Source: Candidatus Latescibacterota bacterium (lineage in GTDB: Bacteria; Latescibacterota; UBA2968). From it: a stretch of 64,000 nt of DNA. The notes under the pieces were generated by a model. The model saw only the letters and a list, made by a program, of their open reading frames with translations, was not told where the DNA came from and did not search any database. This document shows, in pieces, positions 39,508 to 49,001 of this stretch. The DNA lies in the NCBI GenBank assembly GCA_965207885.1, contig OZ242311.1:5664001-5728000 (forward strand), read 5' to 3'. The first letter of the stretch is position 1, and the number at the start of each line of letters is the position of its first letter. The position numbers and the translations under genes were made by a program.

Positions 39508-40173
39508 CTATTGCGCTATAACCTGATAAACTCTACGCGAAATGCTCTCATCTGCAGGATCGGACGCCACAGAAACCGCATCAAAAACGCGCTGCAATGC
39601 CCGTTCATAAGATGCCCCACCCGCACAAATCGCAAGTGCCCCGCCCACCCGAAGTCGCATTTGCAACACGCGCAACATCGACAAACTGTAAGCCTGACGA
39701 TTCCCTGCTCGCGCCACCTGATCTGGCCCAACATCAATATGCATCGCAATACCGTGATAATTGCGCGGAGAACCCTGCACATAAGAACAAAAATCGCCCA
39801 CAATAAGCTCGACTCGTGCGTCATTCAGCAAATCGGCATTGGTCAAAAAGGTGCGATTCCATTCTACAATTTGCGGTTCAATTTCCACCACACAAACGGA
39901 CTGCACAGCCCTGTGCTTCAGCACCTGCCGCAACGTCACGCCCAATCCAAGCCCACCGATCAACACATCGGCATAGCTCTGACCTGGAGAAATGCCAGAT
40001 AGCGCGAGATCGGCAAGTGCGATCTCCAAATTGGAACTGCTACTCGCAATCACACACCCATTTATAGAAAGCACATGATGCACCTGCTCGTCAACCGTCA
40101 CCGCGTCAAGCCGAAAATTTCCATTTTGCGTCTGGACCGATGCCACATGACCTGACGTACTATCGCTCTGCAT
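39508..40173 (-). CDS. Spermidine synthase-like SAM-binding protein
   Basis: VLIGGLGLGVTL, VVEIEP.IVEWNR, DVGP. Confidence 0.7.
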   Translation of the reverse strand: MQSDSTSGHVASVQTQNGNFRLDAVTVDEQVHHVLSINGCVIASSSSNLEIALADLALSGISPGQSYADVLIGGLGLGVTLRQVLKHRAVQSVCVVEIEPQIVEWNRTFLTNADLLNDARVELIVGDFCSYVQGSPRNYHGIAMHIDVGPDQVARAGNRQAYSLSMLRVLQMRLRVGGALAICAGGASYERALQRVFDAVSVASDPADESISRRVYQVIAQ

Positions 40174-40336
40174 TCATCGCGCCTTTTTTTCTAAAAAACC
40201 AATTTGAGCCAGTGTTACAATATAACGGAGATTCCAAAATTTTCAAACACATTTGGTCGGAAAACGGGATCATTACCCACTTGATTTTTCAAACGCGAAT
40301 CCCTTTATTGACGCACCGCCCAACAGGAATACATTT

Positions 40337-41158
40337 ATGAGTCAACACATCGGCAACATTGAAATCATTGCAACACACATCCCCCGGGGGCATTATCGCT
40401 CAGTGCTCTTTGATTTTGACGGCACATTGTCGCTCATTCGCCAGGGCTGGCGCGAAATCATGATCCCCATGATGGTCGAAGTACTCTCCGAACTCAACAC
40501 CGGCGAAACCGAAGCGGAACACCGCGTTCTGGTCACCGAATTTATCGACCGCCTCACCGGCAGACAAACCATCTACCAGATGATTCAGCTCTGTGAAGAA
40601 ATCCAGAAACGCGGTGGCATTCCAGATGATCCCCTGACCTACAAACAGCGCTTTCACGACCTGCTCAACGCCCACATAGCCCATCGCATTCGCGGCCTCG
40701 AAACCGGCGAAATTGATCCCAACGACCTCATGCTACCCCATACCCGCGCACTGCTCGACAATCTATCCAACCGCGGCCTGGCACTTTATTTAGCCAGCGG
40801 CACCGACCTCGTCTTTGTCCGCCGCGAAGTCGAATTACTGGGCCTTACGACCTACTTTGAAGACCGCGTCTTTGGCGCATTGGACCAGCACGAAAATTTT
40901 TCCAAAGCTATGGTCATTCAGAACATGCTCAAAACCCACGCCATAGACGGCTCCGAACTCCTCGGTTTTGGCGATGGATACGTCGAAATCGAAAACGTAA
41001 AAGCCGTGGGCGGCACCGCAGTCGGCGTTGCATCAGACGAAGTCAAACGCAAAGGCATCAACGCCTGGAAGCGAAACCGCCTCATCGAAGTCGGTGCAGA
41101 TATCATCATCCCGGAATACCGCGAGCAAAAAACCCTCATCGCATATCTGTGTGATTAA
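40337..41158 (+). CDS. HAD-superfamily hydrolase
   Basis: FDFDGTLS, LASGT, FGDG..E. Confidence 0.88.
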   Translation: MSQHIGNIEIIATHIPRGHYRSVLFDFDGTLSLIRQGWREIMIPMMVEVLSELNTGETEAEHRVLVTEFIDRLTGRQTIYQMIQLCEEIQKRGGIPDDPLTYKQRFHDLLNAHIAHRIRGLETGEIDPNDLMLPHTRALLDNLSNRGLALYLASGTDLVFVRREVELLGLTTYFEDRVFGALDQHENFSKAMVIQNMLKTHAIDGSELLGFGDGYVEIENVKAVGGTAVGVASDEVKRKGINAWKRNRLIEVGADIIIPEYREQKTLIAYLCD

Positions 41159-41177
41159 CCACCCTAAAGGAGTTGCC

Positions 41178-42302
41178 ATGAAAATCACCAAACTCGAAAC
41201 CTTTCTCGTCAAACCGCGCTGGCTCTTTCTCAAAATGCACACAGACGAGGGCCTCATTGGCCTTGGCGAACCCATCCTCGAAGGACGCGCCCGTACCTGC
41301 GCTCAAGCCGTAGCAGAACTCGAACCCTATCTCATCGGCAAAGACCCCCGTCGCGTGGTGCATCACTGGCAGGCCATGTATCGCCATGCATTTTATCGCG
41401 GCGGACCCATTCTCACCAGCGCCCTATCCGGTGTTGAACAAGCACTTTGGGACCTCGCCGGAAAAGCCGCGAACATGCCCGTCTATGAAATGCTCGGCGG
41501 GCCCCTGCGCGACCGCATAAAAATGTACAAAGGCACGGGAGGAGGCGGCACGCCCGAACAGGCCGCTGCCGCAGTCAAAGAACGCAAAAAGCAGGGATTT
41601 ATCGCCATAAAGACCGGACCGGCCAAAATTCGCCCGGCGCGCATTGTCGAATCCCCGGCCTTTATCGATCACGCCGTCGAAACATTTGCCGCCATGCGCG
41701 AAGCGGGCGGGCCGGACTTTGACATCGCCATCGACTTTCACGGCGCCATATCACCGCAAACCGCCGCCATACTCATCAAAGCACTGGAACCCTATCAGCC
41801 GATGTTTGTCGAAGAACCCATCCAGTGTCAAGACATAGAAGGCATGGCAGAACTTGCACGCAAAACCCACTTGCCCATCGCAACAGGCGAACGCATCTTC
41901 ACCAAATGGGGCTTCCGCGACCTCCTCGAAAAACGCGCCTGTTCCATCATACAGCCCGACCTGTCACACGCTGGCGGCATCTTCGAGACCCGTCTGATCG
42001 CAGGCATGGCAGAATCCTATTACGCAGCCGTTGCCCCGCACTGTCCGCTCGGCCCCATTTCATTAGCCGCCTGCATCCAGCTCGACGCCAGCATACCCAA
42101 CTTTCTCGCGCAAGAACACACCATGTTTGGCGAAGACTATCTCAAAGAACCGTTCCGATTCAAAGACGGCTACGTCGAATTGCCCAAAGGTCCCGGCCTT
42201 GGCATTGAACTGGACGACGACAAAATGGAAGACAAAATTGGCCACGACTGGACCAATCAAAGATCCCTTCATCCCGATGACGGATCGGTCGTTGATTGGT
42301 AA
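41178..42302 (+). CDS. dgoD: Galactonate dehydratase (enolase superfamily)
   Basis: PRWLFLK..TDEG..G.GEP.LEG, FYRGGP, DFHG, EEP, GER, QPD, HCPLG. Confidence 0.85.
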   Translation: MKITKLETFLVKPRWLFLKMHTDEGLIGLGEPILEGRARTCAQAVAELEPYLIGKDPRRVVHHWQAMYRHAFYRGGPILTSALSGVEQALWDLAGKAANMPVYEMLGGPLRDRIKMYKGTGGGGTPEQAAAAVKERKKQGFIAIKTGPAKIRPARIVESPAFIDHAVETFAAMREAGGPDFDIAIDFHGAISPQTAAILIKALEPYQPMFVEEPIQCQDIEGMAELARKTHLPIATGERIFTKWGFRDLLEKRACSIIQPDLSHAGGIFETRLIAGMAESYYAAVAPHCPLGPISLAACIQLDASIPNFLAQEHTMFGEDYLKEPFRFKDGYVELPKGPGLGIELDDDKMEDKIGHDWTNQRSLHPDDGSVVDW

Positions 42303-42324
42303 AATAGTTTCTTAAGGAGACCGC

Positions 42325-43062
42325 ATGTCACAACTCACCGGAAAAGTCGCGCTCGTCACCGGCAGTGGGCGGGGTATTGGTCGCGCTATTGCCATCGCCT
42401 TTGCCACAGAGGGAGCCGACCTCATACTCGCCGCACGCACCGCAGAACAACTCGACGCCGTTGCCGAAGAAATTCGCGCCCTCGGTCGCAAAGTTCTGTC
42501 CGTACCCACCGATGTCACAAATCGCCAGAGCGTAGATGCATTGGCAGAAAAAGTCCGCGGAAAATTTGACCGCCTGGACATCCTCGTCAACAACGCGGGC
42601 GGCGGCATAGAGCGCAACAGCATCCTCGACAGCGACCCCGATGTCTGGATCGAAGACGTCACGGTAAACTGCATCAGCGCCTACCTCGTCTCGCACGCCC
42701 TGCTACCCCTCATGATTGACTCCGGCGGTGGCAGAGTCATCAACGTGGGATCGGGCATGGGCCACCGCCCCACAGCGAGCAGTTCTGCGTATCACGTTGG
42801 CAAAGCCGGCATGTGGATGTTCACCCAATGTCTATCAGAAGAAGTCTGGGAACACAATATCACAGTCAACGAACTCATCCCCGGGCCGGTAGCCACACAT
42901 CTTACCGGCGGTCGCATGAGAGTGGGCGGTCCACCACCCTTCGCCCCCAGCGAAGTCGTCAAAGCACCCGAAGACGTCGTCCCACTCGCGCTCTTCTTAG
43001 CCACCCAACCCGACGGGGGACCGACCGCTCAAACCTTCAGCCTGACCCGTCGCCCGATTTAA
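42325..43062 (+). CDS. SDR family oxidoreductase
   Basis: TGSGRGIG, NNAG, YHVGK. Confidence 0.9.
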   Translation: MSQLTGKVALVTGSGRGIGRAIAIAFATEGADLILAARTAEQLDAVAEEIRALGRKVLSVPTDVTNRQSVDALAEKVRGKFDRLDILVNNAGGGIERNSILDSDPDVWIEDVTVNCISAYLVSHALLPLMIDSGGGRVINVGSGMGHRPTASSSAYHVGKAGMWMFTQCLSEEVWEHNITVNELIPGPVATHLTGGRMRVGGPPPFAPSEVVKAPEDVVPLALFLATQPDGGPTAQTFSLTRRPI

Positions 43063-43084
43063 CCTCATCCCAAAAGGAACAACT

Positions 43085-45037
43085 ATGTCAAAAAAAATCA
43101 TCGCCTATGGCATGGACGGATTCATCACCCCCATGATGAAATACTTTGCCGACGAAGGCGTTATCCCAACTTTTAAACGCATGCTCGACGAGGGCGCAGT
43201 CAACGAAACCTTTCCCTCCTTCCCGGTCTGGACACCCACCAACTGGGCAACCCTCTCCACTGGCGCGCACACCGGCACCCACAGCGTCACGCGCTGGCGC
43301 GTCGAAGTAGGTCCCGGCGAACGCATCAACTCTTTTCACGGCCGCGCCAACAATGCCCAGCGCCTGTGGAACGCCCTCGAGCGAGAAGACCTCAAAGGCG
43401 TTGCCCTGCACTATCCGGCAGCGCATCCATCAGGCGTGGAAAAAGGGTATGTAATCGACGGATTTGGTCACCCCGGACACGCCAGCACCGACTATGAAAT
43501 CGCAGCCGCACAGGCTTATACCACCGCCGAGCACGTCGAAGAAATCGTGGAAATGGACCACGACGGCACAGCCGTGCGCCGGAGACAGCGAAGCATAGAA
43601 CCCATCCCCGCACTATCGCCTGCGGATGGCTGGACCAATCTTCCACAAAGCGCTGCCCCGCCCCTCGCTTCCACCATTGAAATCCACGCGCGCCTCGGCG
43701 GAGACATCAACCGCTTTCACCTGCTCGTCTTCGCCAGCGCCAACAGCGGATACGACACCCTGCGCGTCTCCCGATCTCAAAATGGCAACGACCACATCGC
43801 CGAAGCCAGCACGGGATCGTGGAGCAACTGGGCCATCGAACCCTTCAGCATTGAAAGCCGCGAACAACGCGCCTCTGTGCGCTTCAAACTCCTCGAACTC
43901 GAACCCGATGGCTCCCATCTCAAGCTCTACCGCTCTCAGATCACATATAGCGATGGCTTCACATATCCAGATGACCTCGCCGACGAACTCATCCAGCGAT
44001 TTGGCCCCTATCAAGAACACGCCTCCATGACACCCTACACGTCTGGCATGACCGACTTTGACACCGCCCTTGAAGAATGCGAATACCAGGGCCTCTGGTT
44101 TGCCGACGTCGCCAATTACATGCTCCACGAAAAAGATGCCAGTTTCTTTATCTGTCACTGGCACCTCTACGACTACATCAACCACATCCACCTCGACGGC
44201 GTCGATCCGGTTTGCCCGGCTTACGACCCCGACAAAGCCGACGACGTCATGCACCTCTTCCGCAAAGCCTACATCGTTGGCGACAAAATTTTAAAACGCA
44301 TGTGGGATGCCGCCGATGACACCACTTATGTCGGCGTGCTTTCCGACCACGGCGCATCGCCAGATGTGCGCATCGCCAATATCCGAAAATTCCTGCACGA
44401 CACAGGATTCACCGTCCTGAAAGAAGACGCCAGCGACAGCGTCGAGCGCGATGAAGTCCTCGAAAGAGAAATCGACTTTGAAAAAACCCGCGCCTACCTC
44501 AAAGACGACAAGGGATTCGACATCTGGATCAACGCCGAACCCGGTCCCAAATTCGACGAAATCGAACGCGATGTCCTCCTCGCCCTTCGCACCTGGGTCG
44601 ATGAAGAAATCGGTCGCAATGTCGTTGCCATCGCCCTGCCCAGGCGCGACGCGTACATACTCGGGCAATGGGGCGACCAGTGCGGCGACGTCATCTTCGC
44701 ATGGGATCACGGATTCGTCAGCGGGTACTACGGCCAGTGGAAAGGTATTGTGGGTGGCGGCTGCGTAGGTGCTCCCGAAGTCTTCGGCGCACACCACGGC
44801 GGCTTCATCCCCACGCGCAGCGACATCTCATCGAGCTTTGGTTCTTTTTTCCTATCGGGTCCCGGCATCAAAAAAGGCTACGAACGCCCCACCGACAAAC
44901 TCGGCTACATCCACGCCGCAGACGTCGTCCCCACGCTTTGCCACATCTTCGGCATTGCTCCCCCGGACCAGAGCCAGGGTGCGGTTGCCTACGATATTTT
45001 GGAAGGTCATGAGATGGTGCGGGAACGACCTGAATAA
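43085..45037 (+). CDS. Alkaline phosphatase superfamily / type I phosphodiesterase
   Basis: GMDG, TPTNWATLSTG, D...H, SDHG, DVVPT. Confidence 0.85.
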   Translation: MSKKIIAYGMDGFITPMMKYFADEGVIPTFKRMLDEGAVNETFPSFPVWTPTNWATLSTGAHTGTHSVTRWRVEVGPGERINSFHGRANNAQRLWNALEREDLKGVALHYPAAHPSGVEKGYVIDGFGHPGHASTDYEIAAAQAYTTAEHVEEIVEMDHDGTAVRRRQRSIEPIPALSPADGWTNLPQSAAPPLASTIEIHARLGGDINRFHLLVFASANSGYDTLRVSRSQNGNDHIAEASTGSWSNWAIEPFSIESREQRASVRFKLLELEPDGSHLKLYRSQITYSDGFTYPDDLADELIQRFGPYQEHASMTPYTSGMTDFDTALEECEYQGLWFADVANYMLHEKDASFFICHWHLYDYINHIHLDGVDPVCPAYDPDKADDVMHLFRKAYIVGDKILKRMWDAADDTTYVGVLSDHGASPDVRIANIRKFLHDTGFTVLKEDASDSVERDEVLEREIDFEKTRAYLKDDKGFDIWINAEPGPKFDEIERDVLLALRTWVDEEIGRNVVAIALPRRDAYILGQWGDQCGDVIFAWDHGFVSGYYGQWKGIVGGGCVGAPEVFGAHHGGFIPTRSDISSSFGSFFLSGPGIKKGYERPTDKLGYIHAADVVPTLCHIFGIAPPDQSQGAVAYDILEGHEMVRERPE

Positions 45038-45044
45038 AGAAAAT

Positions 45045-45788
45045 ATGACACAACAATTTGCTCTTATTCTTATTGCCTGCCTGACGATTACATCCTGTAC
45101 CGCCACAAAGGGTGCAACCGAGGCTGAGTTCAGCTTTACTTTTCAAAGTGATGCCGAAGGCTGGACAGCCGGATTTGCCGATCTTCCCGCCAACTTCGAG
45201 CCATCAATCTACGAACTCGACTCCGGTTATCGCCCTCTTCCACCAGGTCTCGAAGGCAATGGTCTCTACATCCAGGGACATAATCGCAGCGACGACCTTT
45301 TCATGTTTTTCAAGAGGCGGATTGATGGGCTTAAGGCAGATGCGACCTACGCGGTATTCGCGTCCCTCGACCTGGCGACCAACGTCCCATCCAACTTAGT
45401 TGGTATCGGTGGCTCTCCCGGCGAGAGCGTGTACGTAAAAGCGGGCGCATCTACCGTTGAACCCGTAGCAGAGGGGGCAAACCTCAGACTGAACATCGAC
45501 AAGGGAAACCAGTCCAACGGCGGCGCGTCCATGGTCGTTCTGGGAAACGTCGCTCATCCCGAGGTCGTCGGCAGAGAGTTTCGGCTCAAGTCTCTTGACA
45601 ACGCCGACAATCCAGTGCATGTCACCACTGACAGCAAGGGCGGGCTCTGGCTAATCGTCGGTACCGACTCTGGCTTTGAGGGACTGAGCACGTTCTACTA
45701 CGCCCGCATTGCCTACACACTCAAAGTAGTGGAATCCCCTAACTCGGGGGCTTCTCTTCTCGGGCCGAGTAGCCGGGGTTTGGATTAG
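45045..45788 (+). CDS. Hypothetical lipoprotein
   Basis: Lipobox-like ITSC; GW..GFAD.P, G.NRSDDLFMF, IDKGNQ, WLIVGTDSGFEG. Confidence 0.7.
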   Translation: MTQQFALILIACLTITSCTATKGATEAEFSFTFQSDAEGWTAGFADLPANFEPSIYELDSGYRPLPPGLEGNGLYIQGHNRSDDLFMFFKRRIDGLKADATYAVFASLDLATNVPSNLVGIGGSPGESVYVKAGASTVEPVAEGANLRLNIDKGNQSNGGASMVVLGNVAHPEVVGREFRLKSLDNADNPVHVTTDSKGGLWLIVGTDSGFEGLSTFYYARIAYTLKVVESPNSGASLLGPSSRGLD

Positions 45789-45871
45789 GTTTGCACAGTA
45801 CTCAATATTCATTTGTTGTGCGGGAACGACCGGTTTAGATCACGGTTTTTGAAAGCTAATAGCGATAGATG

Positions 45872-45900
45872 TTGACATAAGTCCGGCAGAATGCGATACT
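45872..45900 (+). promoter_or_regulatory. Sigma70 promoter for hicBA
   Basis: TTGACA-N17-GATACT with extended -10 TG. Confidence 0.6.
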
Positions 45901-45932
45901 TTCCACACATTGCGCCAGAGGAGGAGTACAAG

Positions 45933-46178
45933 ATGGTAGAAGGATATCGATTACATCTTCAGATCACGCGAGTAGAAAACGGCCAACACCTCGCTACCTC
46001 TGATGATTTTCCCGGTCTTGTGGCACAAGGAAGAACCGTGTCTGAAGCGATTGAAATTGCTCAAGACGTGGCAAGGAAACTAATTGAATCCTATCGGGAA
46101 CATGGCGACATTCTGCCAAAGGGTTTGCAGGCTATAAATACAGAGAGCGTTGAATTGGACGTTCTCGTAGGCGTGTGA
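45933..46178 (+). CDS. hicB: Type II TA antitoxin HicB
   Basis: FPGLVAQGRTVSEAIEIAQD; GAGGAG RBS. Confidence 0.85.
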   Translation: MVEGYRLHLQITRVENGQHLATSDDFPGLVAQGRTVSEAIEIAQDVARKLIESYREHGDILPKGLQAINTESVELDVLVGV

Positions 46179-46402
46179 TGGGTCGGCTGGCAGGTTTTAC
46201 GTATCGACAAGTGACCCGCAAATTGCGGCGGTTGGGATTCGAGTTTGATCGGCAAGCACGGGGAAGTCATGAGATCTGGTGGAACCCTGAGACGCGATAT
46301 CGAACTACTATTCCCAATCATCCTGGAGACTTACCAGAAGGAACTTTATCCGCAGTTCTGAAGCAAGCGGGTATAACCGCGGAAGAATTCCTTAGAGCTT
46401 AG
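46175..46402 (+). CDS. hicA: Type II TA toxin HicA
   Basis: LRRLGFEFDRQARGSHEIW...TIPNHPGDLPEGTL. Confidence 0.9.
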   Translation: MMGRLAGFTYRQVTRKLRRLGFEFDRQARGSHEIWWNPETRYRTTIPNHPGDLPEGTLSAVLKQAGITAEEFLRA

Positions 46403-46444
46403 GATGTGCGTATATCTCGCTATCTCCGTTAAATGAGGCCCATC

Positions 46445-46705
46445 ATGAAAACAGGATGTGCTTTCTGTGGTCATAAAGAACTCCGGTCTTGCCAAACGCA
46501 ATACATTTACCGGCACGATGGCAAATTTCTTATTGTAGATGATGTGCCCTGTCTCCAGTGTGCATATTGCGGCGAGCAATATTTTGAAGGTCGGGTATTG
46601 CGGAATATTGAAAAACGATTCAACGAACTCCATGTTCAGGGTCAGAAAGCGAGCAAGGAAGTTCAGATTCCCGTAGAACACTTCGCGGACCTTTGTCAGA
46701 CCTAA
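46445..46705 (+). CDS. YgiT-type zinc finger protein (MqsA-like antitoxin domain)
   Basis: CAFC...IVDDVPCLQCAYCGEQY. Confidence 0.82.
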   Translation: MKTGCAFCGHKELRSCQTQYIYRHDGKFLIVDDVPCLQCAYCGEQYFEGRVLRNIEKRFNELHVQGQKASKEVQIPVEHFADLCQT

Positions 46706-46756
46706 AGTAGTTGGCAGATAAAGAGAGCGCAAGAGTTGGCGCAAGGAGAATAAATC

Positions 46757-47128
46757 ATGGCAGACTATATCCGTAGTTCGGGAAACGTTTTTAAGGATTT
46801 GGAGATTCCTTCTTCTGATGAAAGGTTGGCAAAAGCGAAGTTAGCATATAAGATCAACCGCTTGATCGCCGATCAGGGAATGAGCCAAAAGAAAGCCGCG
46901 GATTTTTTGGGAATAAGTCGATCAAAAATGACGGAACTGAGAAATGGTCGCTTAAAGGGTTTCACCATCGACTGTCTGTTCTCCCTGTTGGGAAAACTGG
47001 ATCACCCTTCTCCCACTCGACATCGAACAAACAAATCCGTAAAAGACCATGAAGCTTTTGGGATGTGGCGAGACAAAAAAGATATGGCAGATGTCGATGC
47101 TTACGTCCGCAATTCGAGAAAGGTATAG
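46757..47128 (+). CDS. XRE-family HTH antitoxin (HigA-like) with C-terminal extension
   Basis: SSGNVFKDL...AKAKL...SQKKAADFLGISRSKMTELRNG.L.GFTID.L. Confidence 0.8.
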   Translation: MADYIRSSGNVFKDLEIPSSDERLAKAKLAYKINRLIADQGMSQKKAADFLGISRSKMTELRNGRLKGFTIDCLFSLLGKLDHPSPTRHRTNKSVKDHEAFGMWRDKKDMADVDAYVRNSRKV

Positions 47129-47415
47129 CTCATAAACACAGGGCACAGAAAAGGGCGTGCAAAATCGAATCGCACGCCCTTTTGTATTAAAATGAGACTG
47201 TTTTTCAGATCATGATTCCCACTTGAGCTTTTTTTAGTCTGGACGCAATCACGGAGATACAGATTGATCAAACTCTGGTATGGAATACCTGTTTCGTCCG
47301 CCAAATCTTTAAAATATGCAATCACATCCGTTCCCAAACGAAGCGTGACCTGCTTTGTAAGATGTTTTGCATAGGGATTCTTGACGGATTTTGAGAAATC
47401 GTATTCTTTTTTCAT
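47101..47415 (-). CDS. BrnA-type (CopG/RHH) antitoxin, probably frameshifted near the C-terminus
   Basis: MKKEYDFSKSVKNPY...VTLRL...YFK..A.ETGIPYQSLINLYLRDC. Confidence 0.8.
   Translation of the reverse strand: MKKEYDFSKSVKNPYAKHLTKQVTLRLGTDVIAYFKDLADETGIPYQSLINLYLRDCVQTKKSSSGNHDLKNSLILIQKGVRFDFARPFLCPVFMSYTFLELRT
47149..47183. terminator. Bidirectional terminator
   Basis: AAAAGGGCGTGC/GCACGCCCTTTT. Confidence 0.8.
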
Positions 47416-47449
47416 TTTATGTAACATACAACCTCATTGTGCTAACGGA

Positions 47450-47686
47450 CTATAATTTATCATATTCTTCCGGCTCTACATCTGGCACATTTGCTAAAAC
47501 AGATTCAAACTTCTGGCGGCTACCCCGCTTAGCACGCTCTTCCAGATACTCAACCGTTGCCAGAGCCGACACCTTCTCTGCTACAGCCAGAGTAATAAAC
47601 TGATTTATAGAAATCCCCTCTGCCGCCGCCATTTGCTTAATACGCTTATGCAGTGAATCGGGCAGTCGAATGCTCAACGTTCTCAT
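47450..47686 (-). CDS. Ribbon-helix-helix antitoxin (HicB-like/CopG)
   Basis: TLSIRLPDSLHKRIKQMAAAEGISINQFITLAVAEK. Confidence 0.82.
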   Translation of the reverse strand: MRTLSIRLPDSLHKRIKQMAAAEGISINQFITLAVAEKVSALATVEYLEERAKRGSRQKFESVLANVPDVEPEEYDKL

Positions 47687-47696
47687 GATAAAGCTC

Positions 47697-48752
47697 CTAT
47701 TCTAAACTGTTCTTTACCACTCTTATTCCTATCTTTTGTATCTCTGTTAATAATTCGTAGTTTATTTTTTCGGTGGACCAGTGTGCGATTGCGTCTCTGT
47801 GCTCCTTCAGCTCTTTGTATTGTTCCGTCTCTCTTTCTTCCTCTAAATCTATTCCTTTATTACTACAATACTCTCGCCCAAAATCCACCAGTGCTTGCCA
47901 TAAATTTAGATACCACAGTCTGAAATATTCTTCGTTCTTTGAATCTCCCAGTAACAATGCGTTCAATACCTCCCGTACGCTTATTTCTTCTCCTTCCTTT
48001 TTTAATTGGATTATTCTGTCTTCCAACTTCTGTATTGTTTCCTTTATCTCTGTACCCTTTGCTCTTCTCACTAAGTGCGCCCCACCATACGCAATCGATA
48101 TTTTTGGTTCCAGCCCATATACCGTCTTTCCGTCTGTCGTTTCGTAACAGAAGCATCTTGCCTCTTGTTTTAGATTATGTGTTGCTTCAGTCTCTAACTT
48201 TATTGCTGCCAATATCACCCTTTCTGCTGTTATGTTCTCCTTACCTCCAGGCCAATTTCCGCCTATTGTTTTGAAAATTATAATAGTATCTTCTTTTCCT
48301 TCTGTCGGATTCTTCCAGCATTCTCCTCGATTGAATTCTTTCTCTTCAGTCTCTCCCTCCTCTTCCATTACAACAAATACGCTTCTCCCGCAACGTTCAT
48401 TGATTTTCTTGCATGTCTCTCTCAATCCTGCATCTCTTGCATATTGTCCATATCTGCTTTTCTTCTTTAGATATTCTTCTATATCGTCCGTAATTGCTGC
48501 TACAAATCCTTTTTCATAGTGAAGTATTTTACTCTTTCTTTCCTCTTCTGTACCATCCCACTGTATCGGTATATTGTATATCTTCGTTACTCTGAATTTT
48601 TCGATCTTGCAGTCGATTCTTTCCGCTTTCCCTTCTCCTCCTGCTAGTCCGTCTGCCATGAGTTTTACGCCTGCCAGAGTAACACCACCTGTTTCTTTTT
48701 CTGCCAGACTCAAATCTCTCAAACTCTCTCTCTCTTGAGCATTCATTTTCAC
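47697..48752 (-). CDS. Hypothetical protein with C-terminal HEPN-like RxxxxH motif
   Basis: 351-aa AT-rich ORF; YLNLWQAL...HRDAIAH. Confidence 0.6.
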   Translation of the reverse strand: MKMNAQERESLRDLSLAEKETGGVTLAGVKLMADGLAGGEGKAERIDCKIEKFRVTKIYNIPIQWDGTEEERKSKILHYEKGFVAAITDDIEEYLKKKSRYGQYARDAGLRETCKKINERCGRSVFVVMEEEGETEEKEFNRGECWKNPTEGKEDTIIIFKTIGGNWPGGKENITAERVILAAIKLETEATHNLKQEARCFCYETTDGKTVYGLEPKISIAYGGAHLVRRAKGTEIKETIQKLEDRIIQLKKEGEEISVREVLNALLLGDSKNEEYFRLWYLNLWQALVDFGREYCSNKGIDLEEERETEQYKELKEHRDAIAHWSTEKINYELLTEIQKIGIRVVKNSLE

Positions 48753-49001
48753 CTCTCCGTTTTTAGTTCTTTATTTGTCTTCACCTTTCTTGTTCCCTGC
48801 TTCTGAATCCCTACTGAAGGTGCGAACTAAGCCTTCCATTTGGATTTGGCTGTCCTAAACAGATTTCGGCACCATCATGCAGAGTATTTGCTCTTGAAAA
48901 AAATAGAGTACCATTTTCGGCATTCTCTGTCAAGCAGTCGCAAAGTGTACAATGCTTTTGAAGGGTTCTCTCACTACTATTATCATTTGATCTTTATCAC
49001 A

